Positions 34,773-48,800 of a DNA stretch of 64,000 nt are shown here, piece by piece. Position numbers and translations under genes: made by a program. The notes under the pieces are model-generated. The model was not told the origin of the DNA and searched no databases. It worked only from the letters and a program-made list of their open reading frames with translations. The DNA is from a virus. Lineage: Duplodnaviria > Caudoviricetes. Position 1 is the first letter of the stretch; each line of letters opens with the position of its first letter. The stretch spans positions 19,385 through 83,384 of IMG/VR virus record IMGVR_UViG_3300007177_000352. The stretch is one strand, 5' to 3'.

Positions 34773-36524
34773 TTAGTACCAACCCTCTAGTTCTGAAATA
34801 TTGCCTTTCGCCACTACTTTTAAAACTTGCATAGCAACCCCGTTGCTGTACCCGTAGCGGTTAACAAACAAGTTAATAATTGACCCCGGTAGTATCTTGT
34901 AGGGACTAGAAATGGCTTGCAATGATACTTGATGACGTTGCACTTTAGCAATTGCAAACCTCTCATTGAGTAACTGGGTAATCCCCACCGTGGTGAGTAT
35001 TTCTACATAAGCTGTCAGACCAGTTTGATTGTTGCCGGCGGAAGAGTTAGGGATGGTCGCGTCGATGGTTTTCGTAGTATTGTTGATAGCTGTAATAACC
35101 CATCTACCTCGATTAACGGCGGCCACGCCAGTATTGATAGAAAGACTGTCGCCCACGGCGATTGAACTTAAATCGGGTGATTGTGAAAAACTAAATCGCA
35201 CTGTTTGACCACTTTGAAAGGTAATGGTGGTGCAAGTGAGACCCATCAAGAAGGGGTCGAGTAATGTGCTAACCATCTCCTTATCCACAGCATTTAGGTA
35301 TTTCACTTTAATACTAGCATCTTCCACCTCCAACACTCGGTATTCACTCCCCAACCAACCGACACGCTGTTTGGAACTAAAATTGGGTTGCGTAACACTC
35401 CCCGCTAACTGGTCTGGATTCTGAACGGTATGATTAACCTCATACCCTAATTTGTATCGCCAAACTGGTGTCCCTAAAGTCTTCACCTGCGGACTGTCCA
35501 TCACCCAATCGGTGTCTTGCAATTCTAACACGGGACTGCTAGGGATGCTAATTTTAGTCACCGTGAACTTGCCATCATAATTGAAAAAATAAGAACACCC
35601 CAGGGATGCAAAAATTCGGTCTAAAATATCTAAAATATTTTCCCGTTGGACGAGATAAAATCCCATAGAATTATTCGACAGCACACTCATGGATGTGCTA
35701 TCAATATCACTATCCGTCAGCCCGGCAATGTTCTTTAGAATGTGGGTTGTTATCGTTGCCGCGGTGTTTAACCATGCAAGAGGTTTGGCGCCATAACCAT
35801 CCATCGTGATAGTTCCCACGGGTCGATAAACCAAGGTTATTGTCCCGTTGGTATTATCGGTAGTATAGCCAGTTATAGGTGTTAATAACACACCGTTATC
35901 ATACACGTTTAACACTCTTTCAACCGCCCCATTATGCCACTGATAGAGGCCGCCCTGGACATTTTCATCTAATAAGACCGGTTCAATATTGCGTACCACC
36001 CCAAACGCCAACGGTTTAGGGTCTCCCTTCTTCGGACCTTGTGTCAGCAAGGTCTCGTTAATTGACTTATCTAATAAGCCAATTTTGTCTCGAATTACTA
36101 AGTTAAAAGTCCGCGTGTCGGAGAATTCAATATTCTCAATCACACCCACCAGAAAAGGCCGAACATTAAAGTCCGCCCATGCCCATTGTGGGTCCCCCAA
36201 GAGAACCGTAATTTTGCGTCCACTGAAAGAGAAGTTAATCCAATTATCTAATCCCCCATCGGTATTATCAATCGTAATGTTCCCGTATGTTGTATCCCCG
36301 CGGGGTGAATCAATAAAACTAACCTCTCTGGTAAATTCTAATGAGTTACTTAACAAACGTGCGTCGAATGCAACATTAGGCAATGCGTCAGTCGGCGCCG
36401 TAACATACTCATGATTTGAGATATAAAACGTCCTCTCTTGTGTATCATAACCATTGACCAGAATTAAGATACAACGCACTTTATCAGGGTCTGATAGCCA
36501 CTGATTGTATTCATTTAATGTCAT
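34773..36524 (-). CDS. Minor tail / baseplate hub-like protein
   Basis: 'G..KPL.FG.VRNI.PV' motif in the operon downstream of the tape measure gene. ATG 36524 is preferred. Confidence 0.65.
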   Translation of the reverse strand: MTLNEYNQWLSDPDKVRCILILVNGYDTQERTFYISNHEYVTAPTDALPNVAFDARLLSNSLEFTREVSFIDSPRGDTTYGNITIDNTDGGLDNWINFSFSGRKITVLLGDPQWAWADFNVRPFLVGVIENIEFSDTRTFNLVIRDKIGLLDKSINETLLTQGPKKGDPKPLAFGVVRNIEPVLLDENVQGGLYQWHNGAVERVLNVYDNGVLLTPITGYTTDNTNGTITLVYRPVGTITMDGYGAKPLAWLNTAATITTHILKNIAGLTDSDIDSTSMSVLSNNSMGFYLVQRENILDILDRIFASLGCSYFFNYDGKFTVTKISIPSSPVLELQDTDWVMDSPQVKTLGTPVWRYKLGYEVNHTVQNPDQLAGSVTQPNFSSKQRVGWLGSEYRVLEVEDASIKVKYLNAVDKEMVSTLLDPFLMGLTCTTITFQSGQTVRFSFSQSPDLSSIAVGDSLSINTGVAAVNRGRWVITAINNTTKTIDATIPNSSAGNNQTGLTAYVEILTTVGITQLLNERFAIAKVQRHQVSLQAISSPYKILPGSIINLFVNRYGYSNGVAMQVLKVVAKGNISELEGWY

Positions 36525-36610
36525 AAATTTTCGCCTGGCAATCTTTACTAAAACCGTATTTTTGAGAAATATTGAAACCAAGTTTCCGAGAAACTTGGTT
36601 TTCTTGATTA

Positions 36611-36889
36611 CTACTCGACTTCATAACAACTATAGAATGACCAATTCAGAACCTCTGGGATAAGGTTCTTAACAGGGTCTTGTACCACTTCAATCACTGT
36701 TTCTAAACCATGATTGTTTGATATAGATACACTAACTTTGTCATACCCAACATGTCGGTAAAAGTCGACGGTAGCATCAATTAAAATTTGTTTATTAAAT
36801 CCCGCTTCCCGTGGTTGGGGAAGATGTATTACAAACAAAGGGCTATAACGTGGTTCTCTGATAAAAACGATAATGGCTGTTTTTTGCAT
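36611..36889 (-). CDS. Hypothetical protein
   Basis: Starts 1 nt after the tape measure stop codon. Confidence 0.45.
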   Translation of the reverse strand: MQKTAIIVFIREPRYSPLFVIHLPQPREAGFNKQILIDATVDFYRHVGYDKVSVSISNNHGLETVIEVVQDPVKNLIPEVLNWSFYSCYEVE

Positions 36890-36890
36890 A

Positions 36891-39800
36891 TTACTTACGA
36901 ATCTGCACTGGTCCTGCAGTTTGTTTAATCGCTCTCGTAATGGGTTGTCCTACCGTAATCTCTAAATTATTAACAGCACCTACAACCTGCTGCCGTTGTT
37001 GTTCTAGTAGTCTATTATTATAGCGGACTTCTTCAATCAAAGTCAATAACAACTCCTCCATGCGTTTGCTATCACCACCTCTACTTGTTTGTGAAGCCTC
37101 GTTGACATTGACACGAATGCCATAGTTTCTGAGGATTTCAGAAGATTGTGGGTCAACAATAATCTCCTTTTGGTGAATTTTCGCCGTCATATCCGCCGGG
37201 ACAGAAGGTGTCCCTACGTCATAACTGGGCAAATTTTCACCATCATCACTCATGTTGACATCACTCGTGTTGATACCTACAGGCGGTGCTTCTATGGAAA
37301 CAACACTGGAAGTCTTTGCCATGGAAGCGGCAGAGGACAAAACTTCACTAGCGATTGAACCAAATGATTCTGCAATACTAGGAACAACATTCTGAATGGT
37401 TTCCAGTATTTCGGCATGATAAGTGGCAGCCAGTTGTTGGTCAGCAATCCGGCGGACGATAAAATCATTTTCCGCTTGTTTTTCCTTTTCATCCTGTGCT
37501 TTTTTCAGATTTATCGCTTCCAGCTTTTCATCGCCAATTCTCTTTAAATCCTCCTCCCGCCATGTTGCTAGAGTTATGTCACGTATTGTCTCGCGCATAT
37601 CTCTGTTTGCAGCGGCCATTAAATCCTCCTCACGCCACACCGTATGCCTGGCCAAATCCTCCTCACGCCACACCGTATGCCTGGCCAAATCCTCCTCCCG
37701 CCATGTTAAGAGTCTAGCCACTTCATCCTCTGCCGCTTTTCTATCCGTCGCCCGCCATGCTAAGAGTCTTTCTTTTTCCTGGGCACGTAATTTTTCTGTC
37801 GCTTCCTTGTCCGCCGTCCGTAATTTCTCGTTCAGTGCCCCTTCTTTATCCCATCGGCCTTTCCAAAAATTTTGCCACTCACTGGAAAGGTTAGTCAGTT
37901 TGATTATAATATCCTTGGCCCCACTAGATGACACATTAGAGATTGACAATGAATTTGCCCCACCTCCTGCTTGCAACACATCAGCCTTCCCCATGTCACC
38001 AGCTTTTTGCTGTGGTGACAACTGCGACATAAGACCTGGGCCTTGACTAACTCCACTCGTGACAGGAGACGCCGCTGGTAGGTAGCTAAACAAGCTAGGC
38101 ATTTCTTTAGTCTCCCTAGACAGGCCGCCTGTTAATTTCCCGAAGTCCAGTTTAGGTAACTCAGTTTTTGTAGTCGCCAGTTTGCTATTGAGGCCATCTA
38201 ATTCACCTTTGAGAGAAGACACACCAATAAGACTCTTACGCAACTCCTCTAAGGAGGCTTTAGCATTTTGAAAGTCGGCGTAGGTGTCTATTTTAATATC
38301 TACTCCCTTTGTTTGCATCATAGACAAAGTATTGCGTTTATCCAATGCAGTATAAACCTCCGACTCGCTACGGCCTTGATTAATTGTGGCGCCTTTTAGC
38401 TGTTTAAGAGATTCACCCAGTCCATTGACTATCAAACTAAGTTCACGATATTTAGCAAGGTCTTCTGCCGGCTTGGTCCCTTGTTGCGATTGAAAAGCAG
38501 TTAGTAATTCCTTATTCGTCTGCAAATAACCATCCTTAAATTGCGGCCAGAAACTCGCCCAGTCGGTGTCCTTACGATTCACTAATATTTGACTAACAAG
38601 ATTAGATATGGATTGCGAAAAATCCTCCTTAACACCCATATCTTGCATCATCTTAGTAATGCCGGCCATATCCACTGACCCACTATATTGCCCGGACTTA
38701 TCACGCGCACTGGTAACATAACCACCGACTTTGGTGATAAACTCATCAAAGGAGGTAGTTAGGTTAGCTTTGGTAGCTATCTCTCTGTATTGTGAAAATG
38801 CAGTGAGTGCATTGTCAATAGCGGTTTGATTATCTTTAAAACCACCTTCTTTTTTAGTTACCTCCTTTTTAATATTTTCACCCTTGACAGCACCAATCAA
38901 CTCATACAACGGTCCCGTGATATTGCGTTGCATAGCCTCGTCAAGTCTTTCTGCAACGATTAACTGATTCTCCGGTGACAACTGACTCATTAAGGCGTCA
39001 ATATTCGTCTTTAGACTACTCTTTAACCCGGCATCCATAGCAATGACATAATTGCCCAATTGCACAAGTTGACCCACCGACGCTTGTTGTAAAGCCGTGA
39101 CGTTATTAGCAAAGTCAGTGTCATCAAAGGTCTTTTCGCTGGCCGCTTGCAACTGAGATTCAATACCACCGAGGCTGGTATTGAGTGATTGTAACTCAGC
39201 CTTAGCCAACTCCCGTAGCTTATTGCCTTCCGCTTCGGTATTTGCCTTGTTATCTGCTATCGCTTTTTCAGTGTCGGCCTTGGTACTCTCAATGAGTTTA
39301 TCCGTGTCTGCTTTAGTATTCTCAATGAGTTTATCCGTGTCCGTCTTTTGCGTTTCAATAAGGTTAGTAAAATTCTCCTTTTCCTTTTCTATCATTGCAC
39401 TGAATTGGTCATCTGGCATGGGGGTCGCCGCCGGACTGGTCAACTGAGTCGCAATATCTAGGCCCATAGAAGTGAGTAAGCTATTGACGCCTTGCAATTT
39501 CTCCATAGCCGCTTGCTGTAGCGGAAGGAGGTTAGCTATGTTTTTAGCCGTCTCAGTCTTATCTAAAGGGAGTTCCTTAGCTATCTTATCCGCTTCCGCT
39601 TCTGCAACACCTTTGAGGTCACTGATATTGCTATTCACATCATTAAAGATGTTAGTGTAATCCTCACTGGACGCATAATAACCTTGTGCCTCTTTGAGAT
39701 AACCTTGTGCCTTGGCCGTGACTTGACCCATAGCCTCCACGTCCCCCGATTTAGCTAATCGTAAGGTCTCCTCATACTGACGCCGTGCCTCTGTTAATCG

Positions 39801-42800
39801 TTGCGTTGGATTATATGTGGTCAACTCGCCCAATTTAAGGTCGTCTAAGAAGCCTTTTAGTTGTTTAGAGAAGTCTATCAACTTATTATAGTGGTCAAGC
39901 TGTTTCGCTTCAGCCTCCTTTTGCTTCTCGAACCGTTGATTCTCAAGGTCAATTTGTTCTTGCAATGACTCCAAAATGAGACCTTTATAGGTCTCCAATT
40001 TCTTGACACTTTCCTCCGTGACTGGCATATTGCTACTTATTGAACCTTGCATAGCATTCAACTTCTCAATAGCCGTGGTGCCGGGCAAAGACATATCCTT
40101 TGCCAATTTTTCCATATCAGATTTCACGGCGTCCTGTAAAGAAGCCACCGCGTCCTTAACCTTGGTTAAAGTCTCCTGTAACTTCTTAGCCGCCTCTTGA
40201 ATCTTCTCAAGGTGCTTGATTTTAGTATCGCGTTCCGTTTCCAGAGACTTGATAACGTCGTCCCGTGCCTTTTCAGCAGCCTTAATTTTCTCGTCCCGTT
40301 CCTTTTCCAGTCGCTTGATAGTCTCATCTTGAGTCTTTTCTAGTTGTTTAGTGACGGCCTCATTGGCTTTATCAAGGTCGGCCAATTGTTCTCGCAGTGC
40401 CTCCCCAATTCCTTTTCTATACTCTTCACCTAACTTAACGAGCTTCTCCCCGTCTGCTATGGCTTGCTTGTTATTCTCTTGACCTTGCTTCAAGATAGCA
40501 ATATTAGCTTCACTGATAGCTAATAGGGACTGACTTGATTGTTGCAACGCGCTGGCCGACACACCTTGCAATTGCGTGGTGTCTATTTCAGCTACCTTGC
40601 CTATTGCAGTGCGTGACCCGGTATCTTTAGCCATAGAGGACTGGAAGGTTGCAATGGCATTGGCAAACTCACCACTGGTTTTTTCCTTTAAGGCAGTCTT
40701 CTTACCTCCCTTGCCTAATTCAGCATCCAGGGCCGTAATATCGTCTGCAATAGAATTCATTATTCCAGTAACACTCTCTTTAAGTTTCGTAAAGCCTGCG
40801 ATAATCTCATCGTGAGTCTTTAACACCGCGTCCTTTTCTTTCGTCACGGCATCTATTCTGAACTTAGACTCCTCCATAAGAAGTTTACGATATTTCTCTA
40901 TATTAGCAATCGCCTTTTCAGATTCTTTCGCACTGTCTTTATCAATCTCTTTGGCCAGGTCAATACCTTTGAAGTCATTAAGACTCTTTTGCAAAGATTG
41001 CATTTGCGCATTGCGCCGGGCGGCGACGGCATTCTCATCTTGAGTATCAAATGACTGAATATCAGAAGCTATGGATTCAGAAACAGCACCGAGTTTGTCT
41101 GCTAATTTACCAAAGACATCAAAGAATTTATCCACCTGCTTCATGAGGTCGGCTTGTACCTTTTCCGCTTCCTGTTTCGCCTTTTCCGCGGCCTCGTCAG
41201 CTTGCTTTTGCGCTTCCTCCTGGGCCTTCTTTTGTTCCTCCTCAATACTACTTTCCCTAGCCTTCATAGCCTCCACATAAGACTTGGAGTTATTGATAAA
41301 CTCGTCCACTGATAGCCCAGCTTGTTTTGCCATAGCTTCCAACTGGTCGGCATTCATTCTGGATAACGACCCTGCGACAGCTTGTGAAGTGGACCCTAGG
41401 CCACCTAGCTTGCTTGTGAGATTAGGCACCGTCTTAGACAGGTTAGAGAGTGTGTAATCATAGTCAGTCATTGATGACGCCATTTTATCCATTTCACCGC
41501 GGAATCCGTTTAAAGAATCCGTAATCGCTTTAGCCTCCTCTGCCATGCTTTGTAAAGCCGACACATAACCACCGATGTCACTAACAAAGTCGTCAGTGGA
41601 CACACCTAACGATTTGGCCATTTCAACAACCCGCGCCGGGTCCATAGATGCAAATTGAGAAGCAACCTCCTCGGCAGTTTTACCTGACAGACCCATCGAA
41701 CTGATTAGGTTAGGATACTTGCTACCAAGTTGATTGACGGTATATTCAGAATCTTTCATACCACTGGTGAGCTTCTTAAAGCCGTCTTGCATCCCTTGTA
41801 CAGACTGAATAGCGGCCTTGGTCTCCGCTTCTTGAGAAGCCAGTGTATTGATATACGTAGTAGCATTCTCTAAGAACTGGTCGGTGGTGACCTTGCTTGT
41901 TTTAGCCAACTCCTCTAATTTTGCATCATCTAAAGAGGCTAGTTGATTAGCTACGTCTTTAGAATTAGTCCCCAGTCCTTTTAAACTGTCAATCAGTGAC
42001 GGGAACTTAGAAGTCAGGTTATTCAGTGTCAACTCACTTTCAGATAGCGTGCCACCTAACTTGGTCATCTCAGTTCTAAAAGAGGATAACTGTTCGGCTT
42101 TAGCTTTGGTCTCCTCCGCTTGTGCAGTCAGGACGCCGGTATACGCCTCCACATCACCCATGAATGCTTCTACACTCACGCCTAACGATTTGGCCATATC
42201 TGCAATTTGCTGACTACTCATAGAATCAAATTGTTTCGCTACATCCTGCGCAGTCACGCCAGCCTTAAAGAGTGTGTCACTGAGACTTGGGTATTGTTTC
42301 TTAAGACGTTCCAACGTCGCTTCATTATCAGTCATACCAGTCGCCATTTGGTGCATCTTATCTTTGAATGAACCAATTTGACCTTGCAATTCCTTAACGG
42401 CGCCTAGATAAGCAAGAGTGGCTTCTTTAGCCTCCTCTGGTGCTATCTTATTAGCTTCGGCCCAGGCAAGCATATCGTTATCCGTCATTCCTTGAATAGC
42501 GGTAGCGGCTTCCGTCACATTGAGTCCTAAAGCATTCGTTGCTAGGTTTAAGTCAGGATACTTTTTAGCTAAATCATCTATCGTCTTTTCAGCACCTTGT
42601 AACGGATTGATAAGCTCTGCTAAACCAGTTCGCAAATCTTTAAACACTTGACCGCTAGGGAGTGCGTTGGCAAACGCTTGTATATCCTCTTTCAACTTAT
42701 CCGTGGTCACATCTAAAGAAGCGGCCATTGACTCTAAGTCAGCTTCGGATAGATTAGCAAACTGACCCGCGGCCTGTTCGGCAGTTAGTCCACTCTTTAA

Positions 42801-45800
42801 GATTTGAGAAGACAGTGACGGATACTGACTGGCTAGTTTTTGTAAAGTCAAGTCATTGTCAGTGACGCCTCCTTTTAACTTGACCATCGTTTCATGGAAT
42901 GAGTTAAAGGACTCTTGATTAGCCGCTATCATATTCACCCACTCAGTGCTATCCGTGCGTAGCTTATCCGTGGTCACATCTAAAGATTTAGCCAGTTCCT
43001 CAAATTCAGCGTCACTCAATTGACCAAAGTAGGTGGCCGCGTCTTTAGCAGATAAGGAGGTACTATTTAAGGTACTTGCTAAAGTTGGATAAGACGCGGT
43101 TAAATTCTTGAGTGCTATATCACTATCACCATACGTCCCGGTAGCTTTTAGCATCGTGTCACGGTAGCCTGCCATTGCCTCTTGATTGGCTTTAATTGCC
43201 TCGTCATTGGCCGCCAGCACACCTACCCATGCTTGAGAATCTGCAATAAACTCAGCTTGCATGGCCGGGAGGATGCCTAACTCATTCATAAGTGACTGCA
43301 TATCCATAGATGCAAACTGAGTAGCCGCTTCTTTAGCAGTCATAGAGGAGTCATTGATAGCAGTGGCAAGCGCTGGATATTTAGCTGTAAGTCCCTCCAA
43401 TGTGATTTGAGAATCATTGGCGGCCCCGGCGGTTTTGCGCATTTCATTTTGAAAGTCACTTATCGCTTTGGTACTCTCCTTTAAACCATCATCTTGTTGT
43501 TTCAAGATACCTAACCATGTCCCAGCGTCGGCCTTGAGTGTATCAAAGTCAGTTCCTAATAAGGTAGCCAAGTTCCTTAATTCGTCATCAGATAAACTAT
43601 TAAACCGTTCCGCAGCTTCTTTAGCGGTCATAGAAGAGTCATTCAGAATGCCACTTAGACTAGGATACTTATCACTGAGATTCTTGAGAGACAACTCGTT
43701 ATCAGTCATGGCGCCAGACATCAATACCAAGCTATCTCTAAACTCTTTCATACTAGCGGCCTGACTCTTAGTCACATCCTCCATAGACTGAGTAGAACTT
43801 ACGAAAGTCTCGGCGTCGGCTTTAAACTGGTCAGTGGTAACTCCAAAGCGCACAGCTAGGCTAGTTATATCCGCATCAGATAAGGTGGAAAAGTAAGTAG
43901 CTAATTCCTTAGAGGACTTGCCTTGCACATCACTAAAGTCACCATAGGTATTGGATAATTTACTAAGACTGACCTGCGCGTCACTGGTGCCAGTGGCAAT
44001 TTGACCCATCTTAGTTCTAAAATCAATAAAGCCTTGTGCTAGGTTCTTAGCCTCCTCCTCTATCGTCTTAGTGTTATTCACCCATGATTCAGTGTCGGCT
44101 TCAAATTTTTCAATGGACACACCATATTGGTTAGCCAACGCCTCTATTTGAGTATTGTCTAGTCCACTAAAGAATTTGGCCATAGCTTTAGAATCCATGC
44201 CTTGAGTCATTTCAGTCAGGTAAGGACTCTTTTGAGATAGACTCTTGATATTCGTAGTGGCTTCGGATTCACCCGACACCATTTGATTCATTTTACCGCG
44301 CCACGAATCCATGCCTTGTTGCAATTCATTGACGGCACCGAAGTAAGCCGTGGTCTTCTCTTTAAGTTGGTCAGTGGTAAGACCATATTGTTCTGCAAAT
44401 GCTATCAACTGGTCGTCCGGCATAGATAGCATCGCTTTAGCCGCGGCTTGCGTATCTAACGTCATTGCATGGGCCGCGAGACCTAATCCCGCGAACTCCT
44501 TATCTAGGACGTTTATCGTTTTCTGCTTCCCTTGGTTATTGGGATTAGCTATTTCTTCTAACGAGTCACGGAACGATTTAAGGTTGTCTGCTTGTGACTT
44601 CAAAGCCTCCTCTTGTGATTTGAGGGCACCGATATAAGAGTCACTATCTGTCATGAATTGGTCAGTGGTGACACCTAAAGAAGCGGCCATGGATTTGATT
44701 TGTTCATCATCCATAGTAGAAAGTTGCTTCGCCAGTTCCTTAGAGGATAGACCTTGACTATTGAGTGTACTCGTTAGTTTAGGATACTCACTCTGTAGCT
44801 TCGCTATCGTTTGTTCATATTCAGTGGTAGTCCCGGCGGTGATAGCCATCTTGTTTCTGAAATCACCCATGGCTTTTTCAGATTGCTTGGTTATATCCAC
44901 TAAAGACAATAAATCACCAGTCAATTTACTTACTTCAACACCAGCGGCTTTAGCAATCCCTTCTAACTGAGTCTGCGATAAGCCTTGCAACTGAGTTATC
45001 ATATCCTTAGAGGAGGAGGTTGCTAATAGTTGCGTAACAGTGGCGTCCTTATAGGTGGTTTTGAGGTCATTGATGGTTTTAGCATTGCCTTCTAACCCAC
45101 TACTTAAATCACCGAGACTCTTATTGAAGTCAGTGAATGTCTTTCTGGCCTCCTCAGCCGCTTTTTGGGCATCTTCAGCCGCTTTTTGTGACTCCTCAAT
45201 TTGTTGCCTCTCCTCCTCCCGTTGCTTCTCGGCTACTTTTTCGGCTTCTTTATTACTAGCCTCCTCTGTCTTAGAGGTTTCACTTTCTTGTTTCTGTCTC
45301 GCAGGTTCAAATAAGGTCGGTGCCGCGGTGCTAAATGTGTTGTAAGCAGTCTCGCCGACTGTAGATAAGGAACTGGTGATTTGGTCCATGACGCCGCTAC
45401 TCTTGAGTTCCGTCATTACCTGACCCATCACCATTATCTTTTGCTTTGCATCCTCTACAATTTTAGCCAGCGCGTCACCTGCTAACATACCACCTGTCGC
45501 CATTGCAGAAGCGGCCATTTGACCACCCGTCGCAGAAGTGGTAGCCGCGGAAGTGCTACCTTGAACTAGGTTGGCACCAGCCATACCACTTCCCTCTGCC
45601 AAATTTGACCCTGCTATGGCACCACCTTGAGTTAGGTTAGTCCCAGCCATGGCGCCACCTTCCGTAATATTCATAGCGGCTTGTGCAGACGAGGTTAAGA
45701 AGGGTTCCACCACGCCTTGATATATCGTTTGCATCACGCTGTTTAAGACGGTGGAGACCATTTGACTTTCAAACTGACTGACAAAATTATCTGCAAACAT

Positions 45801-48800
45801 CCTCCCGGCCTCATTAGCAGAGGTGACATTGGCATCGGTCATCACCTTCATTAAGTCACCACCGAGTGACTCCCCATTGATACTCTTAAACATGTCGCTT
45901 TGTGATTGGAGGATGCCAATATACGTTTGAGTATCGGCCATCAAAGTATCCACTGTGACGCCTAAACTATCTGCTAATGCCTTGAGTTGGTCTGGACTCA
46001 TTTGGTCAAAATAACCTGCTACCTCGGTGGCCGTTACGCCCGCTTGCGTTAATGAATCCGATAGCATCGGATACTTATCCACTAGCTTACTCAAAGCCGC
46101 TTCATTATCCGTGGCACCGGTGGCAATCTTGTGCATTTCGTCTTTGAATGAACCGATATTCGTTTGTAACTCGGTGGCCGCGGTTAAGTAATCCGTGGTC
46201 TTTTGAGTAATGTCCTCTATAGAGAGTCCGGTCAAGCCCATGCTCTCGGCCCAAGCCATTAACTCCCCATCACTCATGTTGGCTAGGGAACGAGCCGCTT
46301 CTTTGGTATTCAAAGTCATTGCACTCGCCCCTAGATTCAATTCCGGGAACTGTTTAGAGAGGTCACTGATAGTCTTTTCAGCACCGCCGGCGCTATCATA
46401 GACGCCGCGCATTGATTCTCTGAATTTATCCACCTGTTCATTGTTTGTGAATAATTCATCAAATGCAGGGGCCAACTCCAGTATCTTATCGTGCAATTTA
46501 CGTTGCGACTCATTGGTTAGGTCAAAGCCTTGAACTAAATCATAGAGTCCCTTGCGCGTCTTAGGTAACTCTATTCCAAGTCCTTTGAATGAGTCATTGA
46601 GTGTCTTATTCAGGTCAACTGCCTTCTTAGCTTGGGCCTTCAAGGTCGTCCCGGACGCTCCTCCGAACTTTTGATTAAAGTCTTCTATGGCTTTGTAGTA
46701 ATTGGCAAACTGAGGGGCACCTTTTATTAGGGCCGCAAACGTTTCTTCACCATCCTTACCTAACTTGGCAACGGATTGAGTGAGTTTGTAAAATTCTTCT
46801 CGCGTGGTAGGGAAGGCAGTATTGATACCGGGGAGGGTGCTACCTTGAATCTCTTTCAAAGATTTATTCAGTCCACTGAGGCTGTTTGTGAACTCAATAT
46901 TCGTACCTGACACACTGGCAAAGTTATCTTTAAAGAAGGTCATAGAGGAACTGAATTTATCAACACCACCCAATGAATCAATTAATCCTTTAGACATGAC
47001 GGTAGTACTTAAACCTGCCGACTTGAAAACCTCTTTGAGTCCTAACATCTGATTAATCAGATTATTAAGTTCTTCTTCTGGCCCATCGAAGGCATTAACC
47101 ATCTCTTTTAGAGACCTATAAAAACCAATTTCGTCTGTTTTGATAACAGGAACGTCACTACTAATTTCTTCCCCACTGGAAAGTTTAATCGCGTCCTGGA
47201 TTCGAGAAGCAAATACTTCGGCCAGTTCACCTGTAATAGATTCTGGAATAGCGATGCCGGTCACGTCGGTGAAAATTTTACCAATTTCACCCGTGAGGAC
47301 GTTTTGTAATTGGTCAACTGGAAGGTCTTTCAATTGGTCAGCAGAGTTATTAACAAAGTCCGTCAAACGTTCCCCTAATTTGGCGGAGACCTCATCTTGC
47401 AAACCACCTTTCATAGCCTTGTCGGCGGAACTCACAAAGCTGGTGAGAACGCCATCCCACGTTTCGGCGCGGGCGGCTTGATTAAAAGTGCCATCCAAGA
47501 CCTGTTTAAAGTTACGTTGGAAGTTGCCGCCAAGGTTAGTTTTTATATCAGCCCCAGCTAACATAATATTATCAACAGCACTTTTGACCATGGTCGTCCG
47601 CATCGTTTGAAATGACTTATCAAACCACTCCTGATCTTTGTTCTCCATAGCTTGGATGTTGTAACGGAAGTTCCCCATTCCTTTTAACAGGTCGTTGTTT
47701 CCTAAGTTAAGAGTTTCGCTGACCTTCTCAATAGTCTTTTTAGACTCGCCCAACATGTCATTGAGTTTCTTGATAGTTCCTTCATCTAATGCCTCGGTCC
47801 CGGTGCGCGTCTTACTCTTAACCAACCAGCCGCCTTTACGGGTTTCAGTAAAGGACTTGGAATAGGTTGCATCCAGTCCCTTCATAGATACATTAATCCA
47901 CTCGGCGGTACGGACGAATTTCGCACCTATACCAGACATACTCATAAGTTTGCCGGCAATCATACCACCAATTGGCCCCAAAGGCGTCATTGACCCTAAG
48001 AGTTGGGCCGCACCTGTGGCAGCACCGGCCATGTCGCCTTTCAACATAGAGAGACCTACTGACAACGCGCCCATTCCCGGCGTACTTCCACCACCACCTA
48101 AGAGGCCGCCTAGCGCACCTTTCGCACTTCCTAATGAACCAACTAAACTTCCTAAACCACCGCCGGCGCCACTACTACCAATAAGTCCTGAAATAGCTTT
48201 ACCGACTCCTCCTAAACCACCAGAGAGGTTACCCAACGACCCTGACAGGCCGCTGATAAAATTCCCAATGCCTCCGCCACTTCCACCTCCACCAAGCATT
48301 CCGCCAATCGTGGATAAAATCGACCCTTTCCCACTTTGCCCACCACCAAATAAGCTACCAAGGGAAGATAATATTGAACCTCCACCACCACCGAATAATT
48401 TACCGATTCCACTGGTAATAGTACTCATGATGCCATCACCACCACCACTAAATAAACTACCAATTCCTTTAGTGATGGTACTCATAAATCCACCGTCTCC
48501 TCCTCCATTGAATAGAGACGATATACCACCCGTTATCTTAGATAGAAAACCGCCATCCCCGCCTCCTCCAAATAGACCGCTTAACTTGCCACTTATACCA
48601 CTAAAGAAGCCTCCTATCTTATCCGTGAGGCCGCTAAACATGCCCATAATCCCATCGGATTTACCTTGGCAATTCTCTGTCATCACCTCAGTTGCTTCTT
48701 TTAAGTCCGCGGCGTTTTGAATCGCAGGATTGTTAGCTACTTCCGCTAGGCATTGGCCGGCGGTATTAGCCATTTCTGCACCCACTTCCGAAGCGACTTT

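Noticed and set aside
37621-37703. 33-bp repeats as a CRISPR array
   Set aside because: Head-to-tail units with no spacers, in frame within a CDS, and no cas genes.
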